This document shows, in pieces, positions 1-12,068 of a DNA stretch of 36,693 nt. The notes below the pieces were generated by a model. The model was not told the DNA's origin and ran no database searches. It was given only the letters and a program-made list of their open reading frames with translations. Origin of the DNA: Octopus bimaculoides (Eukaryota); the NCBI RefSeq assembly GCF_001194135.2, contig NC_068981.1, positions 73,186,016 to 73,222,708 of the forward strand. The letters run 5' to 3'. A program made the translations under genes and the position numbers. Each line of letters begins with the position of its first letter. Position 1 is the first letter of the stretch.

Positions 1-166
1 ATACCAATTTGTCCATCTGTTCTAATTTAATTAAATTCTATGTCTCTGTGCAGCTGAGGATTGCTCTGCATTTTAAATTGATGTAATGATTGCATTGTTC
101 AATTAAATGGAGTTGCATGAAACGATCGTACTGCATTACCTCTGGATATCCTTCTTGCTTATTTTG

Positions 167-167
<1 letters not shown>

Positions 168-211
<44 letters not shown>
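168..211. repeat. (AC)n(AT)n compound microsatellite
   Basis: Read directly. Confidence 0.95.
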
Positions 212-212
<1 letters not shown>

Positions 213-920
213 TTGCGTGTATATGCGTATGTATGTGAACGAGTAGGTAGGTGTGTGTGTTTGTGTAACTGTCTGCGTAGCTAGCGTGTGAAATATGAGG
301 TCATGGTTACTCTCCTTCATATCTCGATCTGTTTGTCTCTCACTCTCTCCTTATATCTATCTATCGATTTATCTTCTTTTGCATACACATGGTTTGAATA
401 TAAAGATCATTAGTGAGAAGTTATAGCATTTCAAAAATAATGCCACAGATAGTTAAAGAATTGAAGAAAGTTGAAAGTAAAGACAAAATGGAGAAATACA
501 AGAAAGATTAAAGGAAACAGCAATTAATGATGTTCAAGAATTAGGAATAGCAGCAAACATTTAGAAACTTAGTCTAGTGGTTGCCTTTGTGGATTATTCA
601 TATGACTGTGTCTATTGTCTCTCTCTGTTAAGAATTAACTGGATTTCATTCTGGAGAATGGAATAAAAAAAAATGTAGAGCAGCGTTTGATCTACGCTCA
701 CACGCCATTATGCCACATTATCAGTTGAGGTTCCCCGCATTGGAGCTCACACTTTTGAGTTATAATTTACTGTCTTAAAAAACACAAAAGATGCATCAGA
801 TAATGTAATACAAGATATGCTGTTATTATTATGAAAAGTGTAAAAGGATGATTACACTTTCATGATGGGTCTGCTCGATCAAGTTTGGTCTAGTTTTAAA
901 TAACCATAACACATCCATAC

Positions 921-1086
921 TGTTGTGTCGACGCCCCCAGGTGAAGAAGTAGGATCTCCCAAGACATATAAATATAGGTAGTCTTGCCGTGGTAGGAGTG
1001 TTGAGTAGCAGTTGAGTAGCAGTTGTGTAGTAGTTGAGTAGAGATCATCCGAAGGTGCTAGATAGCAGTAGCGTTGAGACATAACA
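921..1086 (+). mobile_element. Solo LTR, short 166-bp variant
   Basis: Starts TGTTG and ends TAACA (TG...CA). Flanked by a perfect 5-bp TSD CATAC (916-920 and 1087-1091). Homologous to 14607-14938 in the opposite orientation. Strand is arbitrary. Confidence 0.85.
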
Positions 1087-1091
1087 CATAC

Positions 1092-1116
1092 GTACATACA
1101 TACATACATACATGCA

Positions 1117-1147
<31 letters not shown>

Positions 1148-1156
1148 CTGATGATG

Positions 1157-1187
<31 letters not shown>
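1092..1187. repeat. (ACAT)n followed by (GAT)/(AAT)n microsatellites
   Basis: Read directly. Confidence 0.95.
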
Positions 1188-1631
1188 TGGATGTCCACTT
1201 GTAATCAAGGAAGACTATTACTAACCGTTATTGCCCATGCAAAATGCCAGCAATACTCGTGCATGAGTATATCGTGCCTGCAGTCGGCTTTACCCGAGTT
1301 CATCAACCCATGTTAACACTAAAAGTACCAGATAGTTTTACTTTCTAGATAGACGCACATATTTTAAGAAAACTACTTTAAAACTCCGAAATTCATGAAA
1401 GGACCTGAAAGGAAGTGAAAGTCCAAAATGCTACTGTTTATGTGTTTTGTGCAAAAGCAGATCGAAAATTGAAATGGGTTAAAAATGAACCTCTGGTATT
1501 TCTGGTGTAAAGTTCCTTCATCTCAGATATGACACACTTCCGTTTGGAATGAAACCGAATCGATTATTCCAAATTGTTGCAGCTGATTGCAGAACATAAT
1601 TGTAAGAGCACACTGCATCTACTACGATGTA

Positions 1632-2399
1632 CAAGGATGTACTCAAAAGAAACTGGAATTTTGCAATATTTCATTCACTTAGTTTACATGTTTACACTTT
1701 TATCGCCTTCAAAGTATTCCCCATTTGATGCAATGCATCAGTCGAGATGCGTTTTCCACTGTCCGAAGAAGTGCTGGAACTCTTGCGAAGTGATGCCTTT
1801 TAACGCCTCCGTCCATTTTTTCTTCACCTCTTCCACATCTGCAAATTCCGTAGCACCAGTTTTCGTCACCAGCGATGATCTTCGAAAAAAAAAGTCCAGC
1901 TCAACTTCCAACTCTTTATTTAGTTCACGACACGTATTCAGCCGTAAATGTTTTTGGTCTTCTGTGAGCAAGTGACGCACAAATTTTGCTGCAACTCTTT
2001 TCATTCGCAATTTTTCGTTCAAAATTCGTTGGCAGAGGCTCCAGGACACGACGGTCTCATCAACAAGTTCGTCAATTGTTCGGTGACGGTCCTCCAAATT
2101 CAGCGGCCGTGTAAGCTGTTTGAAGCATGACAAATGTTTCGGCCGCTGTTTTCTCCAGCAAACAAACAGAATTTCACTGAAACACGTCGTTACTTCGTTT
2201 CAGCCGTCGCAAAAATCGACAAACAGGGAAGCACTGCAAAGCAAAGACGCACCACATGGCAATAGGACAACACTCGACGACGCCGGTCAGTACACAGATG
2301 CCTAAGGGTCGCATCAAGTGGTTTCTAGCGGTGGAAGTCTGAACTACAACGGATTTGTCCCACAGAGAACGTTTCCAGCTACTTTTGGTTACCCCCTCG
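1632..2399 (-). mobile_element. Internally deleted mariner (DD34D family) element, copy 1
   Basis: Imperfect 27-bp TIRs: CAAGGATGTACTCAAAAGAAACTGGAA vs reverse complement CGAGGGGGTAACCAAAAGTAGCTGGAA (20/27), TA on both sides (1630-31, 2400-01). Minus-strand ORF 1738-2133 gives EDRHRTIDELVDETVVSWSLCQRILNEKLRMKRVAAKFVRHLLTEDQK (mariner HTH and linker), then a frameshifted TSDENWCY joined directly to C-terminal FADVEEVKKK. Confidence 0.92.
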
Positions 2400-2523
2400 T
2401 AATAAGTGTTTGTTTACCGAAACACCTGCGTGAAATCTGCTGCTGAAACGATCAAAGTGGCTGTAATTGGTGTATGGAAGCTTCAATGATACAATTGTCT
2501 CATGGTTTAATGTACATGTGTTA

Positions 2524-2765
2524 GTGGAGGCGGGTAGTTTAGTAGTTAGGGTGTTGGACTCATGATCGAAAGATTGTAGTTTCGATTACTGGACCGAGCG
2601 ACGTGTTGTGTCCTTGAATAAAACACTTCATTTCACGTTGCTCCAGTCCATTCAGCTGGCAAAAATGAATAATCCTGCAATGGATCGGCGTCCCGTCCAG
2701 GTGGGGAATTTATAAGTCATGGAAAACGGGAAACCGGCCCTTATGAATTGGCATGGTCGAGAAAG
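2524..2765 (+). mobile_element. tRNA-headed SINE (family A head)
   Basis: A-box-like GGTAGTTTAGTAG and B-box-like AGTTTCGATTAC. The body TTTCACGTTGCTCCAGTCCATTCAGCTGGCAAAAATGA is shared with the copies at 19871-20188 and 27610-27900. Confidence 0.8.
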
Positions 2766-2919
2766 TAATTTTACCTTTTACCTGTACATGTGTTGATAAC
2801 AAATGTAATATCTTCTGCACAAGTTCTGTGAACACAACAAATCTATTTAGGAACTGAAAACAAAAACTGTTAATCTAATGATAATTTTTATTCAGAGATA
2901 ATAAAAAAGCGGGGGATGC

Positions 2920-2920
<1 letters not shown>

Positions 2921-3006
<86 letters not shown>
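2921..3006. repeat. (AG)n microsatellite
   Basis: Read directly. Confidence 0.97.
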
Positions 3007-3010
<4 letters not shown>

Positions 3011-3968
3011 TTCTCAGGGCTAGGTTATTGTTATCTAATGACATGTAGTAACTTAAAGAGAGCTCCCATAACATGGTTGATGAAGCCGATAACTTATTTT
3101 GGAAGGGTTAGTTCGAAGGTTCCTATGACAAACATAGAATCTGCTTTACTGTGAGGACAGTCTGCTCGCCATGTTGATTGAGACAGCAACTGGCATCCGT
3201 TAATATTTTATAGCAAGTGAAATGAAATGGTTTCAATTAGGATATTAGACAATGAGAAAAGAAAAAATACAAAAAAAAAAACAATAACACATAAAAAAAA
3301 ATGAAAGAGAACGAAAAAGTAGAAACGAAGAGTGCTTAGTTTTCAGTTTCCGGTGAAACGAATTAAAGTAGAATTTATTTGAAGAGGTATTCATTAGTAG
3401 TGGTAGATAATTAATCGATCTGTGATGCCGCTGCTACCTCCACCACCAACAACATAGCGATGCCTGATAGAATACGAACTTAGGATATACCAGCCAAAAA
3501 GATTATAGCACATTTCTAACTGGGTCATCGACTCGTTAATTTTGTTTCGGTTAAAGCAAATATTAGATTTTTTCATCGTTTTTCTAATTTTCCATTTTCT
3601 TATTTTTTTTTTACTTTGCTATGACTCTTTTATATATTTCTGACGATGGACTCAATTAAAAATCTAAATATAGACCTCGGATTGTGGTAAGTAACAACCT
3701 TGCAAGAAAAGAAGCCGTCAAGAAACAATGAGGCACATAGACTAAAGGCCGAGAAAATGAATAAGGGAGGCATTAATATCTGGTTCTTACACTTATTCCA
3801 ACAATGCTATAAGGATTCTATACAATGATACGTTTAATCTCACACACGCGCGCGCGCGCGCGGAGTGTAGCAAAAACCTTAGATCCACCATTGTTGATTA
3901 ACGTTTTAATAGCAAGCGCAAGGTGTTTACTGATAAAAACCACGAGGGTAACTTATGAATGGCTAATC

Positions 3969-4170
3969 TTAATTGAATAGCAGTCGTCTGTATATCACTG
4001 TGACGCATTTTAAAGGTTTTAAATTGATGGCTTTAATCCTAGACTAGTGCAAATACTCACTGAAGACTTTTGGTCGTCGGACTCAATTCTGCGCGAAAAC
4101 GTCGATGTTTTTTCGTAACGTTCTTTTTTTATCTTATTGATTGTACAGGATATGTCGTAAATTGTTGTTA
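3969..4170 (+). repeat. Diverged direct repeat, copy 1 (partner 5270-5430)
   Basis: TAATTGAATAGCAGTC..CTGAAGAC..TTTTGGTCGT..AATTCTGCG.GAAAA is collinear with TAATTGAATACCAGTC..CTGAAGAC..TTTTGGTCGT..AATTCTGCG.GAAAA. About 70% identity by eye. Confidence 0.6.
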
Positions 4171-4517
4171 ATAATATCGTGAGGTATACATTGAGTTGAA
4201 TTGTCATAGCCGATCAAATTTACTTGAAAGTGATACTGTATACACGAAGTTAGTATACACATACTTTCATTTCAGTAATAAGTCATTTATGCATGTAACC
4301 TGTTATGCAGAAATATTTACTTCTTTAATATCCGATTTCAACTCGTTGTCGACGGAGGAAAGTGTTCGTTAATGTCATCCAACCAGAAGAACGGTTGAGA
4401 TCCTGTTTAGCATTAATTGATGATGTGCTTCCTTTGATCGTCCGGTATAAATCAGGATGGAAAATAATGTCCAGTTAGCCATCGTTATAGACAGCTTCCT
4501 CAGACATCGCATATGTA

Positions 4518-5261
4518 CGAGAGGGTACCCAAAAGTAACTGGAAACGTTCTCTGTGGAACAAGCCCGTTGTAGGTCAGACTTCCGCCGCTTGAAGCCACT
4601 TGATGCGACCTTCAGGCATCTGTGTACCGACCGGCATCGGCGTGTGGAGTCCTACTGTCACATGGCGCGTCTTTGTTTTGCGGTGCTTCTTTCCTGTTCA
4701 TCGATTTTTGCGATGACTGAAACGAAGGAACAGCGTGCTTTCTTGAAATTCTGTTTCCTGCTGGAGAAAATGGCAACCGAAACAGTGGTTTCATCGATGC
4801 GAAAGAAATTGTCCACACAGAATTTATTCCTCCTCAAACTGTTAAGCAGACATTTTACTTGGCGGTTCTGAAGCGTTTGCGAAACGCGGTGAGACGGAAA
4901 CGCCACGACTTGCGGCAAAATGGAGAGTGGTGCGTACACCGCCTTGGTATGAGAGTTTTTGACCAAAAATGGCATGACTTCGCTTACCCACCCTCCGTAT
5001 TCACCCGATCTTGCTCCCAGCAGCTTTTTTTTTTGTTCCTCCCAATGAAAAAAAGTCTTTAAAGGAAAACGTTTTGCAGATGTGGAAGAGGTGAAGAAAA
5101 AAAAAAAAACGACGGAGGCGTTAAAAAAGGCATCACTTTGCAAGAGTTCCAGGATTGCTTCGAACAGTGGAAAATGCGTTTGGACCGAAGCATTGCTTCA
5201 AATGGAGAATACTTTGAAGACGATAAAATTGTAAACATGTAAACCCAAGTGAATAAAATTG
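4518..5261 (+). mobile_element. Internally deleted mariner element, copy 2 (same family as copy 1), 3' TIR missing
   Basis: TA|CGAGAGGGTACCCAAAAGTAACTGGAA 5' TIR. MTETKEQRAFLKFCFLLEKMATETVV is joined to FIDAKEIVHTEFIPP. Later frames read LAVLKRLRNAVRRKR, THPPYSPDLAPS (YSPDL motif), KGKRFADVEEVKKK and NGEYFEDD. Homology to copy 1 ends ~5261. Confidence 0.92.
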
Positions 5262-5269
5262 TTTAAACC

Positions 5270-5430
5270 TAATTGAATACCAGTCCTCAGAACATCATTG
5301 TGAAGCGTTCTAAGGTCTTTAAATACTAGCTGAAGACAATTTTGGTCGTTGAACATAATTCTGCGAGAAAATGGTAATCTTTCGTAGAAATTTTCATCTC
5401 ATTGTTCGTGTAACTTGGTCAACTGTTGTG
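5270..5430 (+). repeat. Diverged direct repeat, copy 2 (partner 3969-4170)
   Basis: See partner. It begins immediately where mariner copy 2 is truncated. Confidence 0.6.
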
Positions 5431-6269
5431 AAAAGAGTCAAATATAAACAAGTTTTGTTTTACCCCTTTAACATGCTAAAGACTCAAAAGTCAGACGTCG
5501 ATGTATTTTTATGCAATTATGAATAGTGTAGCAAAATGTTTCAATAGATAAATCATTGTTGTAGATAAAACTTACAACTTGGACCCTTTCATCACTTAAA
5601 TCAAGTGATGAATAGAGGCCATTTTGTTGTTATCACTATTGACTATATTAACCCATGATTGACTCAATAAAGTTTTTCTTAACACGTATCGCTCTAGTTA
5701 TTAACATTGAGTAATTACAAATGTAGGAAAGTAATTGTTGGGACGTATGACTCTGACTAAGCATGGGGAATTGAAGAATATCAAAAGAAACTGAGCAATA
5801 TTAAAAAAAATATGTCAAACTATTCTTATAGTGATGCATGTTAATAAAAAATAGACCAGTTGAAAGATACAATATGTCTCTTAGAATAATACGTTAGACA
5901 TTAATGAGCAAGGAGTAAACTAACGTGTCATCTTTTGTTCCTTACAAGACGCTTGGATTTATGTGAAAATTATATTTATGAGATGAGAGATTTAGAGAGG
6001 ACAACAGAAAGAAGAATGGAAGCTAAAAGGGAACAAACAATCTGTCATTGTTGACCAGTATGAAGCAGCAATTCAATGAGACCAGAAGATGTACTTGACT
6101 TGGTTAATGAGGAAATTGGAACACTCCCAATCCTCCAAATCCAAACTGGTCTCAAAGATAGAATAACAGTAACTTATTAGTCTCATGCCAATCCATACGG
6201 TAAAACGGTAAATAAGCAGAAAGGCGTACGGGTGTGGGAATAATCCTAGAAGTTTACCAATGCAAATTT

Positions 6270-6850
6270 AAAAGTATTCCAATATCTGGTTCAATGCTGT
6301 TTACAGAAGGCAAAATATGAATTAGAAGATTTTGGCATATAGGAATTCTTTATTATAAATGGCTGGCTTTGCTGATGAAATGTCAGGCATAAAATTAGGT
6401 TCAAGACCCATGAAAGTGAGAATAAATAATAAGTGAACTTATGACATGATATTAAAGAGATCTACAACCCATATGACTTCTGAATGTATAACCCTTCAAG
6501 ATAAGTTTTCCAAAGTGGATGAGATAAGTGGAAGAAAAAAAAATGCAAGATCTGAGTTACAATTATGGATTTCCAACATGTCAGAAAATGACAAACCGAA
6601 ATTATTGATGGGGAACTATAAAAACCGCAAGAACGCCTGATGATTTGAAAGATTTTACTACATGGCCGAGAGAACTCAACAGTGAGATAATCCGGAAGAA
6701 AAGAAATTCTGTAGTGCTTGTTGAAAATTGTTCTACTCACCCTTCAGTTACAAGTCGTAAATAGATATCACTTCTTCAACCATGCCATCAAAGCATTATA
6801 AAAACTTTGAAATCACTATGTAAAATAAAAAAGTAAAATTCTGGCTAGAA
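6270..6850 (+). mobile_element. Decayed pogo/Tigger (CENP-B-like) transposase remnant
   Basis: Frameshifted motifs SIPISGSML (cf. PISGPML), NGW..RHKIRF, SGRKKNARSELQLWISNMSENDKPKLLMGNYKNR (cf. GxKxSKERxTVxLCANxxGxxKLKLLVIGKxKNPR) and WxRELNSEIIRKKRNSVVLVENCSTHP (cf. LLLDNxxAH). True boundaries are uncertain and may span ~6030-7750. Confidence 0.7.
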
Positions 6851-8169
6851 ATGAAAGCAAATGACTTTGCTCTCCAAACCAAAATCGCGGGATGTTAATC
6901 ATCTTGGAAAATTTTTCGTACTGTCCTAAGTCTTCGACGATTACCAATTGTTTCCAGATGACTGGTTTCATAACTGTAAATATAACCGCTTTTGAAGAAT
7001 GTGTGTCTACTCCTGCTGATACCGAGAGAACAGTTTCTGGTGTATGTGACCTAAAATGATGATCTGGAATGCTTGTTACAACATCCCAACGTATGAACTG
7101 GTTTCTTCGTTCATGAATGCAATGTAACGGTAGCACTGTAGTTGTGCAATGTCTCAACAACAGACATTAAACTAGCTTTGACAAATGTGAGTTTCTTAGA
7201 AGAAAACAGCTGTGAGAATTTTGACAGCTATTACGCTCTTTCAGATTTGTGTGAATCAGTAGTAGCTAGAACTCGTTGACAATCGAAAATTTATGCAATG
7301 GAAACAATAAAGACATTCGAAATTTTATACCAAAGCAAACTAGGAATTTGTCATTTTAATTTATCATTTGTTGAGTCTTGTACATGGATATTTGAATAAA
7401 CGAACGAGCAACTTTGTTTCTAGTAAGAAATAATTTGTTTTATTTGTTTCTCGTTAAGGGAAATTATTGTAGATCGATTAAATGTATCATTTGAAAGTGA
7501 AGAAGTCGACTGTAATTATTTTCCAATGCATTAAACGAATAAATTTCCTGCCGATTCAAATCAACTTTTCATGTAAAAAAAGGACAAACACAAACATACT
7601 TAAAGCATGTTATATTCTTGTTTTTATTATATAACCCATACATGTGTAGCAATCACAATACCTTTCTACTGAGAATATACTGAGATCTCGTAATTTATTT
7701 CTTTCTAGGCAACTTCGGTTTATTACATAAAAGTTTCAATCATCGAGGTCATGTAATTGTTTAATCGATTTTTCCAATTTGTGAAAATTCATGCTTGTAC
7801 ATTCCTGCAGGGAAAACACTCGCCCTAATTATTAAGGTGTTAAGCTCATGGGTCCGACTCTTGTACTGGTTGGTTAATTGTATCCATAAGCCAGGAACTA
7901 CATTTATCGCTTCTCTGGTCTAAGTAAAAATGACGACCAGTCGAGTAATGGTGCGTCCCTTTTTACCTTTCTAGCTCCAGTTTAAGCACATTGAATGCTC
8001 TGCTGAGTTAAGGGTGGGAGGGAAAAAGAGGATATTTACGTCTGCTTGCAATTACGACATAGACAACCAAAATAGTTAGAGAAAACATGGTATATGCTAC
8101 TAAATAATGTTCAATTCCGAGTGACAGTCGTAGACATTCACGTAAGTAATTAACCAGTGTCTGAAGTTA

Positions 8170-10400
8170 CCCTCACCAGGAATTTCAAAACACATAGCAC
8201 CTCTTCTTGCATTCCTCCCAAACCCTCGCTGCTGGTATGGAGGCCGTATCTTACCTTGTATCTAAATTATCAGTACCAGTTAGTATTCTAACTTACGTAC
8301 TCTGACTTACACACCAACACCCCGCAATAACTCTTCATATGTTTTTCCCACTTTGTCTATAATTCATCGTTTGCCCGCCGTCTCGTTAAGACAGCCCATC
8401 TAACATCATGAACGACACATTTCTTTCACTGCATCTTCTGGAACTCTGCGATAGGAAACTGGTTGGAACTTCACCCGTTCTATGCTGACTACTTTTAGCA
8501 GCAAATATGCCTCATCTCTGAACCATCCAAAGCAACTAAGTAGGTGATCGATACTATCTCTGTAGGTATTCCCCTCACATCTTTCACACTATCATATCAT
8601 ATAACTCCGAACCTTTAGGTGCTTCACTTGCAACTGCCATGTAGCTGTGAATGGGAAGAAAATCGCCTTCATCACATGACCAAAAATCAGCCAGGGTCGC
8701 AAGTTGAAAGTATATCTCCCATTACATCTGCATCAGAAGCCCTAAGAAAGAAAAGGACGACTTCATACTGTGAATAAATTGCAACCTGGTTTCGTGCAAG
8801 AAAAGTATTTACCAATTTTGTAGAATATTTCCACCTGTCTATATTCAATTAAGTTAGCTCTGTAAGTATCAGACTTGTTCATAAAACCGCAAGAGTTGCT
8901 GAATGTTTTGCTTCTAACTCAATAAAGAGAAAAAAAACCTCTTCCCAGACTCTACGTCTCCATTCTATGTCACCACGATGCATAAATGATCTCTGCTTCG
9001 ACCCAACAAAACAGCAATTTCTGATAGTGCTCTTCCCGTTAATGACAAACTATGTGATTCAGAACTTGTTTTCATTTGTTCTTTGTTTTCTACAAGATAT
9101 TCTAGTGCATGGAATCACATGACATTTTGTCCTATTCTGAATCAGAGTCACTGACGCTGCCAAATGTCACCTTATTGCCTTAACTTCCAACATCTCAAAG
9201 ATGTCAAAATGTTTTGCAAACTACAAACTCCTTCAACACTTTAAATCTATCGCTCCTTTAATTGGCTGTTGTCTGGCTTCTGATCAGCCAAATATAGTGA
9301 ACATTCGACCTTATACACCGAATACCAGCGATATTTCTCTTTTAGAACTTAAGAGAAAGTAATGTTATTGCTCTTGACGTAAACAAAACTTTAGATGACA
9401 TCTTAGATGATAACTTGTAGGTTTAAGCTAATTTACCCAACTGATTCTTATCCCTTACAATTAGTATGTTGTACTAATATCACTCTCTCTAATAAATCAG
9501 GGGTACGCGCAGGTTCACTTACATATCATTCCTTTTGAATATTAATGATTTACCTGCTATCACATCTAACAACACATCTTCCTATACAGAGGGCACCACT
9601 TTAATAATCTGCGCATATCCACATTCAACCTAAATATTTCATTCTTGACTGCGCTGTCTACAGTGTCCTTGAAAATAATCTTCAATGGAGATATGGTAAC
9701 CTAGCATCATGATATTTATCAAGCAAACACTAGTAATCCCTATAGTCCTGCACAGCATATAATTAAATCCCTGAAAGTTGCTACAAGTGCAAAGTCTGAC
9801 ATCCTCTCATTAACGTTCATGGCGACTCCACATATACAACATTGCAAAAACAACTGCAATACAGAAAATTATTAGATTTTCATGTTAGAGTCAGAAGACA
9901 CTAAGATCTAGATAAGTTTATTACTCTTTACAAAGTCGAAACACGATTCATATTGGAGTAGGGCTCACTTTTCTGGGGTGGTTCTGTTGTTGTATGCACA
10001 AACATTTTATATAGTGTTAAAAAAATCCGTTTATCTGATTGGAAGCTTCATTCACCAACACACTACAACCACTAACTCACTGACTGATGCGATGCATCTG
10101 TTTTTTCTACCCTTACTGCATCGACATCTACTGATCTGAACTAACGAGCTACTCACCACCTCCTCATAGATACAGCAACTACTTCACCTCTCACCATTCC
10201 TACTGTTTCTTTCCATCCAGCTCCTGTACTAAACATTTTGCAGAATTATTCTTCTAAATTGCATACACCTGGAATTTCTGCCCCATGTTCTTTTTCTGTA
10301 GGAGTCGACCTATTGCAGTTCAAGCTGAACATCAATCGATCTTACTAGTCTAGGAGGATATGTAAAGGTCATAAAACTGCCACTCCTCCTCCAACTAATT
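8170..10400 (+). mobile_element. Heavily decayed CR1/Jockey-group LINE (endonuclease linker, RT, 3' end)
   Basis: Motifs in order: WFRARKVFTNF, RVAECFASNS, PNKTAISDSALPV..LCDSEL, IALTSNISK (~9175), IALDVNKTLD (9367), SGVRAGS (9497), INDLPAITSNNTSSYTEGTT (9541, YADD position decayed), ITLYKVETR (~9919), TNTLQPLTH. Many stops and frameshifts. Confidence 0.75.
8812..9021 (+). repeat. 210-bp inverted repeat, left copy
   Basis: Reverse complement of 11119-11328 with 5 substitutions counted by eye. Confidence 0.95.
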
Positions 10401-11118
10401 AATAAAAATATATTCGAGACTATCTGCCTACCTCGGTAATATTTTTTTATAAACAACGCCTTGCTTAAATGTGTTGTGGGAACTAATTACACAGACACAT
10501 TCATTAATCAAGTGAGTGCTATTAGATTAGAAAATAGCCTGAGGCACTAGAAGCCAAATGCAATATATCATTTATTAAAATGTCAGGCTAGAAGTGAACG
10601 GTACTTAACCGATAGAGACGTTGGCAATGACAACCAGACTGTAAGTTTTATAATATTTGATTTGACATTTCTTCATTCAAGTAAGGCTTCAGTTTTCATC
10701 GATTCAAGATATATAAAATAAATAGCAAGAAGTATGAACTTTTCAGTTTATTTTTCCAGTCTCTTGTGTTTCTCTGTGTATTTGTAGGCATATTGTCTGA
10801 TCGTCTTCGTATCCCTGATTAATACATATATAAATATATATTCGCCAAATTTTTACTCAGGACCTTTCCTTATGAGGCTGGATTTCAACGTTTGTATCTA
10901 CTATGTGACTACTTAAATTATCGAAGTAATTTTAGTAAAAGGCTTATAGATTGTGATTTTAATCAACGCTGTACGGAAATACGGTCGCCTAGATACGTAC
11001 AGGATTGGCTGTATGGCTAAGAATTACACTTCACAATCTTGAAATTTCAATGCAGCTATGTGACATTTTAGGTTAGTGTCTTCAACTATAATTTCGTGCT
11101 GACTCAAACATTGTGAGT

Positions 11119-11328
11119 GAAATTGCTGTTTTGTTGGGTCGAAGCAGAGATCATTTATGCATCGTGGTGACATAGAATGGAAACGTAGAGTCAGGGAAGA
11201 GGTTTTTTTTCTCTTTATTGAGTTAGAAGCAAAACATTCAGCAACTCTTGCGGTTTTATGAACAAGTCTGATACTTACAGAGCTAACTTGATTGAATATA
11301 GACAGGTGAAAATATTCTTCAAAATTGG
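11119..11328 (-). repeat. 210-bp inverted repeat, right copy
   Basis: Reverse complement of 8812-9021, about 97.6% identical. Confidence 0.95.
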
Positions 11329-11882
11329 CGCGAGCCTGTGAGATGAGTATTTGCCGTAAACCAATAACCATCTAACACAACTCAGTTTAACACAACCACA
11401 AGGTGTTGGGTGCCTTTAGCGGAGTCAACTCTGTTGCAAGGATTGGCTTTTGATTCGAGGACACCTCGATAGCTTGACTTGCTGCTTACTATCATAGTGA
11501 GCCTCCTCTGAATAAACCATTAAAATAGAAAATAACAAAAGGGATTAATATGAATTCACATTATCTTCAATAATGACTGACATCCATTTGAAACTCTTAT
11601 ACAACTTATCACCGATGAATGCACGCCTGACTTAGTCAAATAGCTGGCTGATACCTTAAATCCATGACATAGCCAGGATAATAAAATTATGTAGACTACA
11701 TAATTTAGTGTAATTTACTACAAAGGAAGACAATAATAATCAAATATCATGTCTTTATCTACTAGCAAAATAGGCAGGGATGAGCTTCAGAAGACTAATA
11801 TCTAGAGGATTCTACCTGATTTACGACTCTTCCTCCCGAATCGTGAAAAGACTAATCAGATGCCAAACCTATTGAAAAAAAG

Positions 11883-12068
11883 TTGATTTTCTCTACTGGA
11901 ACAACCTACGAACGGAAACTCTACCGCTTAAATAATTTGTCCCTTAAAAAATATCACCTCCACATTATACGAACTCGCTATTTAGTTTTAAACATGAGTA
12001 AAAAACGTATCTACGCAAAACTACAGAGCTTTTTTGTATGTGAAAGTGAGAAGTTAAAAGGATTATAA
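11883..12068 (+). mobile_element. Possible CR1/L2 LINE 3'-terminal remnant
   Basis: TYERKLYRLNNLSLKKYHL resembles the SYEERLxxLxLxSLxxRR motif at CR1/L2 ORF2 C-termini. Weak. Confidence 0.35.

Noticed and set aside
11024-11371. 115-aa ORF as a gene
   Set aside because: It is a chance frame spanning the 210-bp duplicated LINE fragment and unrelated flanks.
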